From NCBI GenBank assembly GCA_963713825.1, contig CAVQNG010000003.1, forward strand, positions 864,001-928,000: a DNA stretch of 64,000 nucleotides, in the 5' to 3' direction. Both the position numbers and the translations under genes were made by a program. The notes below the pieces were generated by a model. The model was not told the origin of the DNA. It saw only the letters and a list, made by a program, of their open reading frames with translations, and ran no database searches. Source of the DNA: an uncultured Acidobacteriota bacterium. Its GTDB lineage: Bacteria > Acidobacteriota > Thermoanaerobaculia > Multivoradales > JAHEKO01. Positions within the stretch are counted from its first letter, which is position 1. The number at the start of each line of letters is the position of its first letter. Positions 9,024-18,746 of this stretch are shown in pieces.

Positions 9024-10241
9024 ATGGGACAGGCTGTGGAGTCCGCGGTCGTGGAGCGCATGGTCGCGATTCGCCGCGACCTGCATCAGAATCCCGAGCT
9101 CAGCTGGCAGGAGCACAGGACTGCCGAGCGCATCAGCTCTACGCTGCACGAGCTGGGAATCCCCCATCGGCGTCTCATGGGCACGGGGGTCGTCGCTGAT
9201 CTGCCAGGTACCGACGCACTACCTGCCGTGGCCCTGCGGGCCGACATCGATGCCCTGCCCATCCAGGAGGAGACCGGGCTGCCTTTCGCCTCGACCAACG
9301 ACGGCGTCATGCATGCCTGTGGCCATGATGGACATACGAGCATACTCCTGGGAGCGGCCGAGCTCCTGACACGAGACGGAGATCTGCCCGCACCGGTGAG
9401 GTTGATCTTCCAGCCGGCCGAGGAGGAGGGGGCTGGCGCCAACGCCCTCATCGAGGCCAGCGTGCTCGAGAATGTGGCGGTCATCTTTGGCGGCCACCTC
9501 GATCGTCACTTCAGGACCGGAACCTTGGTTGTGGCCGAGGGCCCAGCGAGCGCTTCGACGGATTACTTCACGATCCGAGTCACGGGGCGAGGCGGCCATG
9601 CCGCCCGTCCTCACGAGACGATCGATGCGGTGGTTGTCGGCTCGCTGATCGTTACCGCGATCCAAACGATCGTCTCCCGGGAGATCGACCCCTCTGATCC
9701 GTCGATTGTCACCATCGGTCGGTTCGAGGCGGGCAAGGCTCCCAACGTCATTGCCGGACAGGCGGAGCTCGAAGGGACGATCCGAGCTCAGAGCCAGCAA
9801 GTTCGCGAGCACCTCAAGAGGTCTATCCGCCGGGTGGCCGAGTCCATCGGGGTGCTACACCAGGCAGGTATGGAAGTTGAGCTAATAGATGGTTCACCGG
9901 CGGTCATCAACACTCCGGCGGCAACGCTTCTGGCCGATCAGGCTGCGGCTGCGGTGGTCAGCGAGAAGCGCGTTCGCAGGAGCTGGCGAGTCACTATGGG
10001 AGGCGAGGATTTCGCCAATTACCTGCAGAGGATTCCCGGTTGCTACATTCGCTTCGGCGCCCGGCCAGCCGTTGATCAGGGATTCCCCGCCCACTCTAGT
10101 CGGTTCGACTTCGATGAGGCTGCCCTGCCGATTGCAGCTGGTTGGATGGCGGAGGTGGCGCGCCGAGCGGGAGCAGCTCTCGCGACGGGAGAGTTCGACC
10201 ACCCGGACAGGTTCGAAGTGGTCAGCCTGGATGAGGGGTAA
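9024..10241 (+). CDS. M20D family amidohydrolase
   Basis: RRDLHQNPELS, ALRADIDALP, MHACGHDGH, FQPAEE, GGEDF and PAHSSRF motifs. Confidence 0.94.
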   Translation: MGQAVESAVVERMVAIRRDLHQNPELSWQEHRTAERISSTLHELGIPHRRLMGTGVVADLPGTDALPAVALRADIDALPIQEETGLPFASTNDGVMHACGHDGHTSILLGAAELLTRDGDLPAPVRLIFQPAEEEGAGANALIEASVLENVAVIFGGHLDRHFRTGTLVVAEGPASASTDYFTIRVTGRGGHAARPHETIDAVVVGSLIVTAIQTIVSREIDPSDPSIVTIGRFEAGKAPNVIAGQAELEGTIRAQSQQVREHLKRSIRRVAESIGVLHQAGMEVELIDGSPAVINTPAATLLADQAAAAVVSEKRVRRSWRVTMGGEDFANYLQRIPGCYIRFGARPAVDQGFPAHSSRFDFDEAALPIAAGWMAEVARRAGAALATGEFDHPDRFEVVSLDEG

Positions 10242-11827
10242 TGCGAGTTCGCGAAGCCACCGATAACGACACACCGCGGATCCGAGAGATCTTCGAGGCG
10301 ACCTATGGCGAGGACTACGCCTACTCGGAGTTCTACGAAGAGCCGTATCTCAGGAAGCTCATCTACTCCGACGACACGGTGATGCTGGTCGCAGAGGAAC
10401 CGAAGAGCGGACAGGTCGTGGGAACCGCATCGGTCGTTCTCGAGAGTGGCGCCTACACCGATCTGGTCGGTGAGTTCGGGCGGCTCGCGGTGCACCCGGA
10501 CTTCTGGGGCCAGCAGATCAGCAGCTTGTTGTTGGAAGAACGCTTGAAGCAGGTCGGAGATCGTCTCCACGTCGGCTTCATGGAAGCCCGGGTGAGCCAT
10601 CCCTACTCGCTCGAGAACGGTCTTCGTCACGGATTCGCAGCAGTGGGCTTTCTGCCGTTGAAGTTGCGTTTTGGTGACGAGCGCGAGAACACGGCCTTGT
10701 TGGTCAAGTACTTCGGCGAGGCGCTCGAGCTGCGGCGCAACCACCCCCGCATCATCCCCGAGGCCTACCGGCTGGCCGGTCTCGCCCTGGACGAAGTGGG
10801 CTTGGAGAGGGACTTCATTGTCGACGAGAAAGCCGCCCCGTATCCCTACGGCGGCGACTACGAGCTCCAGGAGTTGACCTCCACGGGCTATTCCTCCTTG
10901 CTGCGCATCGAGCGGGGGCGACTCCGTAATCGGGAGGTCTTCGGGCCGCTTCGTCTGCACTACGGCTTCTTTCGCCTGCGCGCAGAACACTCCAACTACC
11001 TGATCGCGCGCAATGGCGAGCACATCGCAGGGGGCATTGGCTTCACCCTCGATGACGAAGAGAACATCGCCCGGATCTTCGAGCTCATCTGTCTCGAGGA
11101 TCACACCGTGCGCCTCCTTCTCAAAGAGCTGGAGCGCAAGTGTCGGGAGGAATACGGCATCAGCTATATGGAGATCGACGTCAATGCCCACTCACCCCGC
11201 ATGCAACGTACGCTGCTAGAGATGGGCTATGTACCAGCGGCCTACGTGCCGGCCCTCGCCTTTCACCGGGTCGAGCGGCTCGACGTCCTGAAGATGGCCC
11301 GACTTCTGACGCCTCTGGAACACCTGTCCATGGATCTGGTTCCACCGGTTCAAGGGTTGGCGGAGTTGATCTTGCGAGGTTTCGAGCGCCAGCAGATCCT
11401 GCCCAGAATCGGGGCTCTGAACGAGAAGACCCGTCTCTTTGAGGGCCTGAGTGAAGAGCAGGTCCGGCGCCTGGGTGCAGCGTGTGGGCAGGCCAAGTTT
11501 GCCGAGGGGGAGACGATCTTCTCGGCCGGTGACGAGTGCAGCGAGACCTATCTGCTTCTCGAGGGCGAGGTTCAGGTCCTGATGGCGGATGGCGAGCGAG
11601 CCGTCGGCACGGTCGGTCCCGGTGAGTGTCTGGGAGAGGTCTCCCTTCTCATGGGCACCAAGCACTCGGCGGAGGCGTTGGCAACTTGCCCGGTTCGCAC
11701 AGCGGTGCTGCCAAGTGAAGATCTGCAGAAGTTGGTGCGCCAGCGGCCCGACATCGGCGTGGTGCTGTTCCGCAACCTCGCCCGAGGCCTGGGCGAGAAG
11801 CTCCGCCGCGCGGATCTGGGGCAATGA
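10241..11827 (+). CDS. Tandem GNAT acetyltransferase with a C-terminal cyclic-nucleotide-binding domain
   Basis: N-terminal GNAT (GEFGRLAVHPDFWGQQIS), a second GNAT-like region, and a cNMP domain (FAEGETIFSAGD...YLLLEGEV...GPGECLGEVSLL). The start overlaps the upstream stop (TAATG). Confidence 0.85.
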   Translation: MRVREATDNDTPRIREIFEATYGEDYAYSEFYEEPYLRKLIYSDDTVMLVAEEPKSGQVVGTASVVLESGAYTDLVGEFGRLAVHPDFWGQQISSLLLEERLKQVGDRLHVGFMEARVSHPYSLENGLRHGFAAVGFLPLKLRFGDERENTALLVKYFGEALELRRNHPRIIPEAYRLAGLALDEVGLERDFIVDEKAAPYPYGGDYELQELTSTGYSSLLRIERGRLRNREVFGPLRLHYGFFRLRAEHSNYLIARNGEHIAGGIGFTLDDEENIARIFELICLEDHTVRLLLKELERKCREEYGISYMEIDVNAHSPRMQRTLLEMGYVPAAYVPALAFHRVERLDVLKMARLLTPLEHLSMDLVPPVQGLAELILRGFERQQILPRIGALNEKTRLFEGLSEEQVRRLGAACGQAKFAEGETIFSAGDECSETYLLLEGEVQVLMADGERAVGTVGPGECLGEVSLLMGTKHSAEALATCPVRTAVLPSEDLQKLVRQRPDIGVVLFRNLARGLGEKLRRADLGQ

Positions 11828-11983
11828 GGCAGTGGGGCAGTGAGGCAATGAGGGTTGAAGCGGCCGGCGCCTCTGCCGGCCGATCTTTGAGGGCTTGAGG
11901 GTCGAGGTGTCCGTCGCTTGCGCCGGCCGATCCTTGGGAAATGAGGCAACGAGGGGTGTAGGGGAGGGCCTTGCGCCCTCCCG
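11820..11983 (+). repeat. BIME-like mosaic: 4x 8-mer RGGCARTG, a 47-bp unit doublet and a GTAG REP
   Basis: GGGCAATG AGGCAGTG GGGCAGTG AGGCAATG; units at 11852 and 11899; GTAGGGGAGGGCCTTGCGCCCTCCCG at 11958-11983. Confidence 0.8.
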
Positions 11984-11993
11984 CCGTCGTTCA

Positions 11994-12021
11994 GGAAACC
12001 CCTTCTTGGGGATCACCGTAT
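11994..12021 (+). promoter_or_regulatory. ECF-type promoter GGAAAC-N17-CGTAT
   Basis: Lies 30 bp upstream of the ECF sigma gene at 12051; ECF genes are commonly autoregulated. Confidence 0.5.
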
Positions 12022-12050
12022 GATCAAATGCAGCTAGGCAACCCCCTCTC

Positions 12051-12638
12051 ATGCCTGATCCAGCCCTCCTCGACCACCCTGACCTGGCCGAGCGGATCCG
12101 CGCCCGCGATCCGGAGGCCCTGGAAGTGGTGGTCGAGACCTACCTACCTCAGATTCTGCGCGCAGCGCGAGGGGCAGGTCTCAATCCGCAGGCGGCCGAG
12201 GATGCGGCCCAGAACACCTTTACCACCTTCGTCGAGTCCGCGGAGAGGTTCGAGGGCAGGTCCCATGTCCGGACATGGGTCTTCGGGATCCTCTACCGCA
12301 AGATCTCCGAGACGCGTCGCAAACTGGGGAAAGACCGCCAGATGGACGACATCGACGAAGTCTTCGAGAGTCGCTTCGACGAGAACGGCACGTGGAGTCA
12401 GCCGCCGCGGGCTGCAGACGCCGCACTTGAGGCCAAGCAGACCCGCCAGGAGATTGCCGACTGTCTGGAGGCGGCCCCTTCGACGCAGCGCATGGCCTTT
12501 GTGCTGCGGGAGGTTGAAGGACTCTCGAGTGAGGAGATCTGTAAGATTCTGGAGGTCAGCAGCACCAACCTGGGTGTGATGCTGTTCCGTCTGCGCAACC
12601 GCGTCCGGGAGTGCCTCGAAGCGAAGTGGGCCGCATAG
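12051..12638 (+). CDS. ECF RNA polymerase sigma factor
   Basis: AEDAAQNTF, FEGRSHVRTWVFGIL and FVLREVEGLSSEEIC...LFRLR (regions 2 and 4). Confidence 0.93.
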   Translation: MPDPALLDHPDLAERIRARDPEALEVVVETYLPQILRAARGAGLNPQAAEDAAQNTFTTFVESAERFEGRSHVRTWVFGILYRKISETRRKLGKDRQMDDIDEVFESRFDENGTWSQPPRAADAALEAKQTRQEIADCLEAAPSTQRMAFVLREVEGLSSEEICKILEVSSTNLGVMLFRLRNRVRECLEAKWAA

Positions 12639-12642
12639 CGCC

Positions 12643-12924
12643 ATGTTGAACTGCAAGGAGACTGCCCACGCTGTCGCGACCGAAGATGTTGTCCCGGTCG
12701 GCTGGCGGCAGCGCCTGGCGGTCAGGCTCCACCTGATGATGTGTCGACATTGTCGACGCTACGCCCAGCAGATGCAGACCATGGGCAACGCGGCCAGGGA
12801 AGTGTTCCAGCACCCCCCCAAAGATCCCTCCAGCCCCGAGAACCCCGAAAACCTGGCCAAGCTCCAATCCGACATCCTCGATCGCCTCACGCAGGCCCCC
12901 CAGCAACCCGATTCCGACAACTAG
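12643..12924 (+). CDS. Soluble zf-HC2 anti-sigma factor
   Basis: MLNCKE...RLHLMMCRHC (HxxxCxxC) directly after the ECF gene. Confidence 0.88.
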   Translation: MLNCKETAHAVATEDVVPVGWRQRLAVRLHLMMCRHCRRYAQQMQTMGNAAREVFQHPPKDPSSPENPENLAKLQSDILDRLTQAPQQPDSDN

Positions 12925-13087
12925 TCAACCCTGACCTCTGCCTTCCTCGGGCAAGGATCAGCCTCGCACCCTTCGAAGGTAACGTGGCAGAAGGAATCGT
13001 GACCGCAGCCAGTCCGGTCAACGATCACAGGAAGATATAGTCAAGATAGGCGGAGGTCCTGCCCTATCTAGCCTCGCGGAGCAGTGA

Positions 13088-14065
13088 ATGAGAGACCAAG
13101 AAATCCTGTACTTATCGCACGCCGATGTTGTCGAGACTGACGTTGGCATGAAAGAGATCCTCGAGGCCCTGGAGACGGCCTTTCGGGAGCACGGCGAGGG
13201 TCGGGCCGAGATGCCGCCCAAGCCGGGGATTCATCCAGGGGGTGGGGACAACTTCATCCACGCCATGCCGGCCTACATCCCGGCTCTGGAGTCGGCGGGG
13301 GTCAAATGGGTCAGCGGCTTCCCTGGAAACCAGGATCTCGGCCTGCCCTATATCAACGGACTGCTGGTCCTCAATGATCCCGCGACGGGGGTGCCGCTGG
13401 CGGTCATGGACTGTGTCTGGATCACGGGGGCGAGGACCGGCGCTGCCACCGCGCTGTCTGCAAAGTACCTGGCTCGGGCGGAGTCCTCGGTGGTCGGGGT
13501 GCTCGGATGTGGCGTGCAGGCCAGAACGAATCTGCAAGGACTGCAAGCCGTTTTTGCTCTAGGGACGGTCAAGGCTTATGACATTCACGCCGAGCTTGCC
13601 GAGACGTATGCTCTGGAAATGGCGACGCGGTTTGGGATCGAAGGGGTTGCTGTCACGACACCCGAAGAGGCTGTGACGGGATGCGACATCGTCGTGACCG
13701 CAGGCCCGATTCTCAAGACTCCACATGCCACAATCCGGGCCGGCTGGCTCGACGAAGGGGCCTTCGCCTCTCTGGTGGACTTCGATTCGTATTGGCACGC
13801 TGATGCCATCGGCGAAGTCGACAAGTTTTGCACCGACGACACACCGCAACTGCGCTTCTACCAGGGCGAGGGCTACTTTCAGCAGATCCCTTCCGTGCAT
13901 GCCGACCTGGGAGAGCTCGTCACCGGTCGGAAGCCAGGCCGAGAGGGACCAGAGGAGCGCACCATGGCCGCGAACCTCGGAATGGCGCTCGACGACATGG
14001 CGGTGGCACCGTTGATCTACAAGAAAGCGATGCAGGAGGGGATTGGCGTTCGGCTGCCCCTCTGA
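13088..14065 (+). CDS. Ornithine cyclodeaminase / mu-crystallin family protein
   Basis: MPPKP, HAMPAY, GVKWVSGFPGN, ITGARTGA, GCGVQA and GMALDDMA motifs. Confidence 0.92.
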   Translation: MRDQEILYLSHADVVETDVGMKEILEALETAFREHGEGRAEMPPKPGIHPGGGDNFIHAMPAYIPALESAGVKWVSGFPGNQDLGLPYINGLLVLNDPATGVPLAVMDCVWITGARTGAATALSAKYLARAESSVVGVLGCGVQARTNLQGLQAVFALGTVKAYDIHAELAETYALEMATRFGIEGVAVTTPEEAVTGCDIVVTAGPILKTPHATIRAGWLDEGAFASLVDFDSYWHADAIGEVDKFCTDDTPQLRFYQGEGYFQQIPSVHADLGELVTGRKPGREGPEERTMAANLGMALDDMAVAPLIYKKAMQEGIGVRLPL

Positions 14066-14094
14066 GCGGTCGCGGCCAGAGTAGGCGCCAATCG

Positions 14095-15270
14095 ATGACC
14101 AGAGCCCGAGTCTGTGACGTTGTTGTGGTAGGTGGAGGGGTGATGGGAAGCTCCATCGCCTATCACCTGGTGAAAGGCGACCCCGGTCTCGACGTCGTGG
14201 TCGTGGAGCGCGACCCCTCCTACACCCAGGCCTCTTCCACGCTCTCCGTGGGCAACGCCCGAGTCCAATTCAGTCTGCGAGAGAACATCCAGATCTCGCT
14301 TCACGCACTGGAGGTCTTCAAGCGCTTCGACGAAGAGATGAGCGTCGAGGGGGGGCGGCCGGACATTCGATTCCGACCCGAAGGCAATCTCTTCCTACAC
14401 GAAGAGGAATCGACTGAAGCGGCCAAGAGCGCGATGGCCCTGCAGGGATCTCTTGGCGGCGATGTGGAATGGTGGAGCCCCGAAAGAGTGGGGACACAAT
14501 ACCCATTTCTCGACTCCGAAGGACTATGCGGAGGGACTTTCGGTCCACGGGACGGCCACCTCGATGGCTATGCCCTTCTCATGGGATACAAGGCCAAAGC
14601 CGTATCTCTCGGGGCAACGTTCATTGCCGGCAATGCCACGGGGATCGTGACTGAAGGTGGCAAAGCACGAGGCATTCTGTTGGAGTCCGGCGAGCATCTA
14701 CTCGCACCGGTGGTGGTCAACTGTGCCGGTGCCTGGGCGGCGGACCTGGCTCGGACCGCTGGAGTCGACCTTCCTGTTGTCCCCGTAAAGCGGCAAGCCT
14801 TTGTGGTCGAGACTCCGGAGAGGTTCGACAAGCCCCTACCCCTGACGGTCTTTCCCTCTGGGCTCTACTTCCGAAGTGAAGCTTCGGATCTGCTGCTGGT
14901 GGGCAAGTCCCTCGATGACGACCCCGAGGGCTACAGTTTCAGCTGGCAGGAGAGTCGATTCACCGACCTGCTCTGGCCCGAGCTGGCTCGGCGGGCTCCG
15001 GCCTTCGATCGGCTCCGCCTGACGCGAGGCTGGGCCGGGCTCTACGCCGTGAACCGTCTCGATGGCAACGCCATCCTGGGGGAATGGCCGGCTCTCGAGG
15101 GCCTGTTCCATGCCAACGGATTCTCCGGCCATGGACTTCAGCAGGCTCCAGCGGTGGGCCGCTATCTGGCAGAGCTCATTCTGGGGACCGAGCCCACGCT
15201 CGACCTCTCCGCACTCGGAGCCGATCGAATTGTCAAAGGAAGGCCGCTCGCCGAAGGCGGCCTGGTGTAA
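14095..15270 (+). CDS. FAD-dependent oxidoreductase, DAO/sarcosine oxidase family
   Basis: VVGGGVMGSSIAY, NCAGAW, WAGLY and NGFSGHGLQQAPAVGR motifs. Confidence 0.9.
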   Translation: MTRARVCDVVVVGGGVMGSSIAYHLVKGDPGLDVVVVERDPSYTQASSTLSVGNARVQFSLRENIQISLHALEVFKRFDEEMSVEGGRPDIRFRPEGNLFLHEEESTEAAKSAMALQGSLGGDVEWWSPERVGTQYPFLDSEGLCGGTFGPRDGHLDGYALLMGYKAKAVSLGATFIAGNATGIVTEGGKARGILLESGEHLLAPVVVNCAGAWAADLARTAGVDLPVVPVKRQAFVVETPERFDKPLPLTVFPSGLYFRSEASDLLLVGKSLDDDPEGYSFSWQESRFTDLLWPELARRAPAFDRLRLTRGWAGLYAVNRLDGNAILGEWPALEGLFHANGFSGHGLQQAPAVGRYLAELILGTEPTLDLSALGADRIVKGRPLAEGGLV

Positions 15271-15289
15271 AGGCTACTTCAGCAAGTCG

Positions 15290-16450
15290 TCAGCTCGGAG
15301 GAAGTGTCGTCTCGCGCAGGCGCTCTACCGCCTCGGTAACCACCCGCACAGCGGTATCCACTTCCCGTTCGGTTGTTGGGCGCCCGACGGAGAAGCGAAC
15401 TGTCCCCAGGGCATAGTCCAGGGGAACCTGCATGGCCGTCAGGACGGTGGATACCTCGACCCCCTCAGAGTGGCAGGCAGCGCCGGCCGAGGCCGCGACA
15501 CGATCTCCGATCTCGGTCAACAGGGCGGTGACATCGACACCTCTGAAGGAGACGCTCAGGGTATTGGGTAGACAGGCTTCGGGTTCGCCATTGCGGCGCA
15601 GGTCGGTCAATCGAGAGCTGAGTCCCTGCCAAAGACGGTCCCGCAAGGCTCGACTGTGAGCGCCACCTGCCTCGAGACTCTCGCCCGCGATCTCACAGGC
15701 CTTTCCCAGACCGACGATTCCCAAGACGTTTTCGGTCCCGGCGCGGCGTCCCGACTCGTGATTTGCCCCATGGATCAGACGGTCCAGGTGGCGTCCGGAG
15801 CGAATGTAGAGTGCTCCTACACCTTTCGGCGCATAGAGCTTGTGCCCTGCCAGGCTCAAAAAGTCGACTCCCAGCTCGTCGGGCCGTACCGGGATCTTGC
15901 CCACGGACTGAGCGGCATCGGTGTGGAGCAGAATGCCTTGCTCGCGGGCGACTGCGGCGATCTCGGCCAGCGGTTGGATGGTGCCCACCTCGTTGTTGGC
16001 GTGCATGATGCTGATGAGGATTGTCTCGGAGGTAATGGCTTGCGCAACCGTTTCGGGACTCACTCTGCCCTCGCCATCAACGGGCAGAATCGTCACGCAG
16101 AAGTTGTCTTTCTCCAAGGCGTAGCAGGGTTCCAGCACCGCGGGATGCTCCACCGAGGAAGTGATGATGTGACGCCCCTGAGAAGCTAGGCGGCGCGCCA
16201 GGCCCTGGATGACCATGTTGTTCGACTCGGTGCCGCCACCGGTGAAGACGACCTCCTCCGGGGTGGCTCCCAGCAACTCGGCCACCTGGAGGCGAGCCGA
16301 GATCACCGCCTCACTGGCCGTGATTCCATAGGCGTGCGAGCTCGAAGGATTGCCGAAGTGCCGGTGCAGATAGGGCAGCATCGCCTCGGCCACCTCGGGG
16401 TCGATGGGGGTCGTGGCGTTGTAGTCGAGGTAGATCGGATCCGAGGCCAT
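15290..16450 (-). CDS. Cysteine desulfurase (IscS/NifS family)
   Basis: YLDYNATTP, GNPSS, HANNEVG, HTDAAQ, AGHKLYAPKG and SAGAACH motifs. Confidence 0.94.
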   Translation of the reverse strand: MASDPIYLDYNATTPIDPEVAEAMLPYLHRHFGNPSSSHAYGITASEAVISARLQVAELLGATPEEVVFTGGGTESNNMVIQGLARRLASQGRHIITSSVEHPAVLEPCYALEKDNFCVTILPVDGEGRVSPETVAQAITSETILISIMHANNEVGTIQPLAEIAAVAREQGILLHTDAAQSVGKIPVRPDELGVDFLSLAGHKLYAPKGVGALYIRSGRHLDRLIHGANHESGRRAGTENVLGIVGLGKACEIAGESLEAGGAHSRALRDRLWQGLSSRLTDLRRNGEPEACLPNTLSVSFRGVDVTALLTEIGDRVAASAGAACHSEGVEVSTVLTAMQVPLDYALGTVRFSVGRPTTEREVDTAVRVVTEAVERLRETTLPPS

Positions 16451-16550
16451 GACGAGAGTTTAACTCCCCCATGTCGACAGGTCCGTTGACCTTTTGGCTC
16501 GGCTGGGGCATCCTTGCCGCTTCTCAGAGAATCCTCAGGAGACTTCAACC

Positions 16551-17726
16551 ATGGCAAGTGGCAAGCACATAGGCATTCTGACGGGTGGCGGCGATGTGCC
16601 CGGATTGAATTCGGTTATCAAGTCCGCGGTGTACCGGGCCCGTGAAATGGACCGTCCAGTGATCGGCATTCGAAGGGGTTGGGAGGGCCTGACCCACTCG
16701 AACTTGAGCCAGGGCGACGATCCGACCTATATCCGCCGCTTGACCCGGGAGAACACCCGCACCATCGATCGGAGCGGCGGCACGATCCTCCACACCTCAC
16801 GGACCAATCCGCAGAGGGTCCATGTCTCGAAGGCCCCGACGCATCTATCTCAAGCGGAGGTGGCGGCCGTGCCAACCCAGGCCCACCTGCTGGATATGAC
16901 CTCGGTGGTGCTGCGCAATCTGGAGCGACTGGACATCGGTACGCTGGTCGTGATCGGTGGCGACGACACCATCAGCTTCGCCTCCCGTCTCCACGAGGAG
17001 GGAGTTCCGGTCATCGCCATCCCGAAGACCATGGACAACGATGTGCCGGGCTCGGAGTACTGCATCGGCTTCTCCACCGCCATTACCCGGGCCAAAGATC
17101 TGATCACCCGACAGCGAACCACCCTGGGATCGCATGAACGGATCGGCATCTTCCGCATCTTCGGTCGGGATTCCGGGTTCTCGGCTCTCTACACCGGCTA
17201 CGTCACTTCCACGCGATGTCTGATTCCCGAGTACCCTTTCGACCTCGATCACCTTTGTGAGGTCCTGGTCGGGGACAAGCAGGACAATCCGAGCAACTAC
17301 TCCCTGGTCGTGGCCTCCGAGGGGGCTGTCTGGAAAGGGCAGGACCTGGCCGAGTATGGCGAGGCCGACGCCTATGGCCACCGGAAGAAGGTCGATATCG
17401 GTCACGCTCTAGCGGAGGAGGTTAAGCGACGCACCGGGCACGAGACCATGACCAGCGATCTGACCTACGACCTGCGCAGCGGTGACCCCGACTCCATCGA
17501 CCACATGGTGGCCATCACCTTCGCCAATATCGCGCTCGATGCCATCGCCGATGGGGTCAGCGGTCGCATGGTCGCCATTCGGGACGGCAACTATGCACTG
17601 GCGGAGTTGCCCGACCCGGCCCTTGGCGCTCGTCGTGTCGATGTAGACGAGCTCTACAACTCGGAGCGCTACCGGCCCAACTACGCCGCCAAGCTCGGTG
17701 CGCCATTACTCCTGAGCACTGTCTGA
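16551..17726 (+). CDS. 6-phosphofructokinase family, probably PPi-dependent
   Basis: LTGGGDVPGLN, GGTILHTSR, IGGDDT (Asp variant) and PKTMDND motifs. Confidence 0.9.
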   Translation: MASGKHIGILTGGGDVPGLNSVIKSAVYRAREMDRPVIGIRRGWEGLTHSNLSQGDDPTYIRRLTRENTRTIDRSGGTILHTSRTNPQRVHVSKAPTHLSQAEVAAVPTQAHLLDMTSVVLRNLERLDIGTLVVIGGDDTISFASRLHEEGVPVIAIPKTMDNDVPGSEYCIGFSTAITRAKDLITRQRTTLGSHERIGIFRIFGRDSGFSALYTGYVTSTRCLIPEYPFDLDHLCEVLVGDKQDNPSNYSLVVASEGAVWKGQDLAEYGEADAYGHRKKVDIGHALAEEVKRRTGHETMTSDLTYDLRSGDPDSIDHMVAITFANIALDAIADGVSGRMVAIRDGNYALAELPDPALGARRVDVDELYNSERYRPNYAAKLGAPLLLSTV

Positions 17727-17771
17727 CGGCTGGAGGTTTCGGCCTCGCAAGGGTTTTCTAGAGAGCTACCG

Positions 17772-17797
17772 CGGGAGGGGACAAGCCCCTCCCCTAC
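17772..17797 (-). repeat. GTAG-type REP hairpin
   Basis: Minus strand reads GTAGGGGAGGGGCTTGTCCCCTCCCG. Confidence 0.8.
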
Positions 17798-17827
17798 AGA
17801 GTGCTGTGTGAGCTAGAGTCGGGGTCC

Positions 17828-18739
17828 GTGACCCGGTCTCACAGCATCGCGGTTTTGCAGGCGCTGTTCGTCACTTTTCTGTGGTCGAGCTCCTGGGTGC
17901 TGATCAAGTTCGGTCTCGAAGAGATTCCGGCCCTGACGTTCGCTGGCCTGCGCTACAGCCTGGCGTTTCTCATACTGGCGCCCTTCGTTCTCGGCTCCCG
18001 GGAGCTGCGCAGCTCATTGATCGGCCTTTCCACCGCTGGATGGCTGCGCCTGATTGCGTTGGGGTTGCTGTTCTACACCCTGACCCAGGGAGCGCAGTTC
18101 GTCGGCCTCGTCTATCTGCCAGCGGTGACAGTGAGCCTCTTTCTGAGCTTCACGCCCGCGCTAGTAGCGTTGGTGGGGATTCCCCTTCTGTCGGAGAACC
18201 CGGCTCCAATGCAATGGGGCGGCATGCTGCTCTATTTGATCGGTGCGCTGGTGTATCTGCTGCCCGTGGAGATACCCCTGGCCGCCGCTGGCCTCGCCGC
18301 GGCCGTCATTGGGCTGCTGGCCAACGCGGGCTCTTCGATCCTGGGGCGGTCAGTCAATCGAGAGGAGCATCTTCATCCATTGGTGGTGACGGTCGTGAGC
18401 ATGGGTATTGGAGCACTCGTTCTGCTGGCAGTCGGTCTGACGAGCCAGGGCCTACCGAGCCTGTCGTGGAAAAGCTGGGGCCTGATCGTGTGGCTGGCTG
18501 TGGTCAATACCGCGCTTGCTTTCACTTTGTGGAATCACACCCTCCGGAGGCTCACCGCTGTGGAGTCGAGCCTCATCAACAACACGATGCTCATTCAGAT
18601 TGCACTGCTGGCCTGGGTCTTCCTCGACGAGCCTCTGAGCCCCAAAGGTGGAGCCGGAATCACCCTGGCAGCGGTCGGGGTGCTCGCGGTGCAACTGGCG
18701 AGCCCGAAGACCCCGACCGAGCGACCGCAGGAGTCGTAG
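17828..18739 (+). CDS. DMT/EamA family transporter
   Basis: About 10 transmembrane helices in two EamA repeats; LWSSSWVLIK. Confidence 0.9.
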   Translation: MTRSHSIAVLQALFVTFLWSSSWVLIKFGLEEIPALTFAGLRYSLAFLILAPFVLGSRELRSSLIGLSTAGWLRLIALGLLFYTLTQGAQFVGLVYLPAVTVSLFLSFTPALVALVGIPLLSENPAPMQWGGMLLYLIGALVYLLPVEIPLAAAGLAAAVIGLLANAGSSILGRSVNREEHLHPLVVTVVSMGIGALVLLAVGLTSQGLPSLSWKSWGLIVWLAVVNTALAFTLWNHTLRRLTAVESSLINNTMLIQIALLAWVFLDEPLSPKGGAGITLAAVGVLAVQLASPKTPTERPQES

Positions 18740-18746
18740 TCAAGCG

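Noticed and set aside
15270-15300. Possible selenocysteine readthrough or SelD fusion after the desulfurase TGA
   Set aside because: Another stop follows within a few codons and the convergent oxidase gene occupies the space; no selD-like sequence is present.
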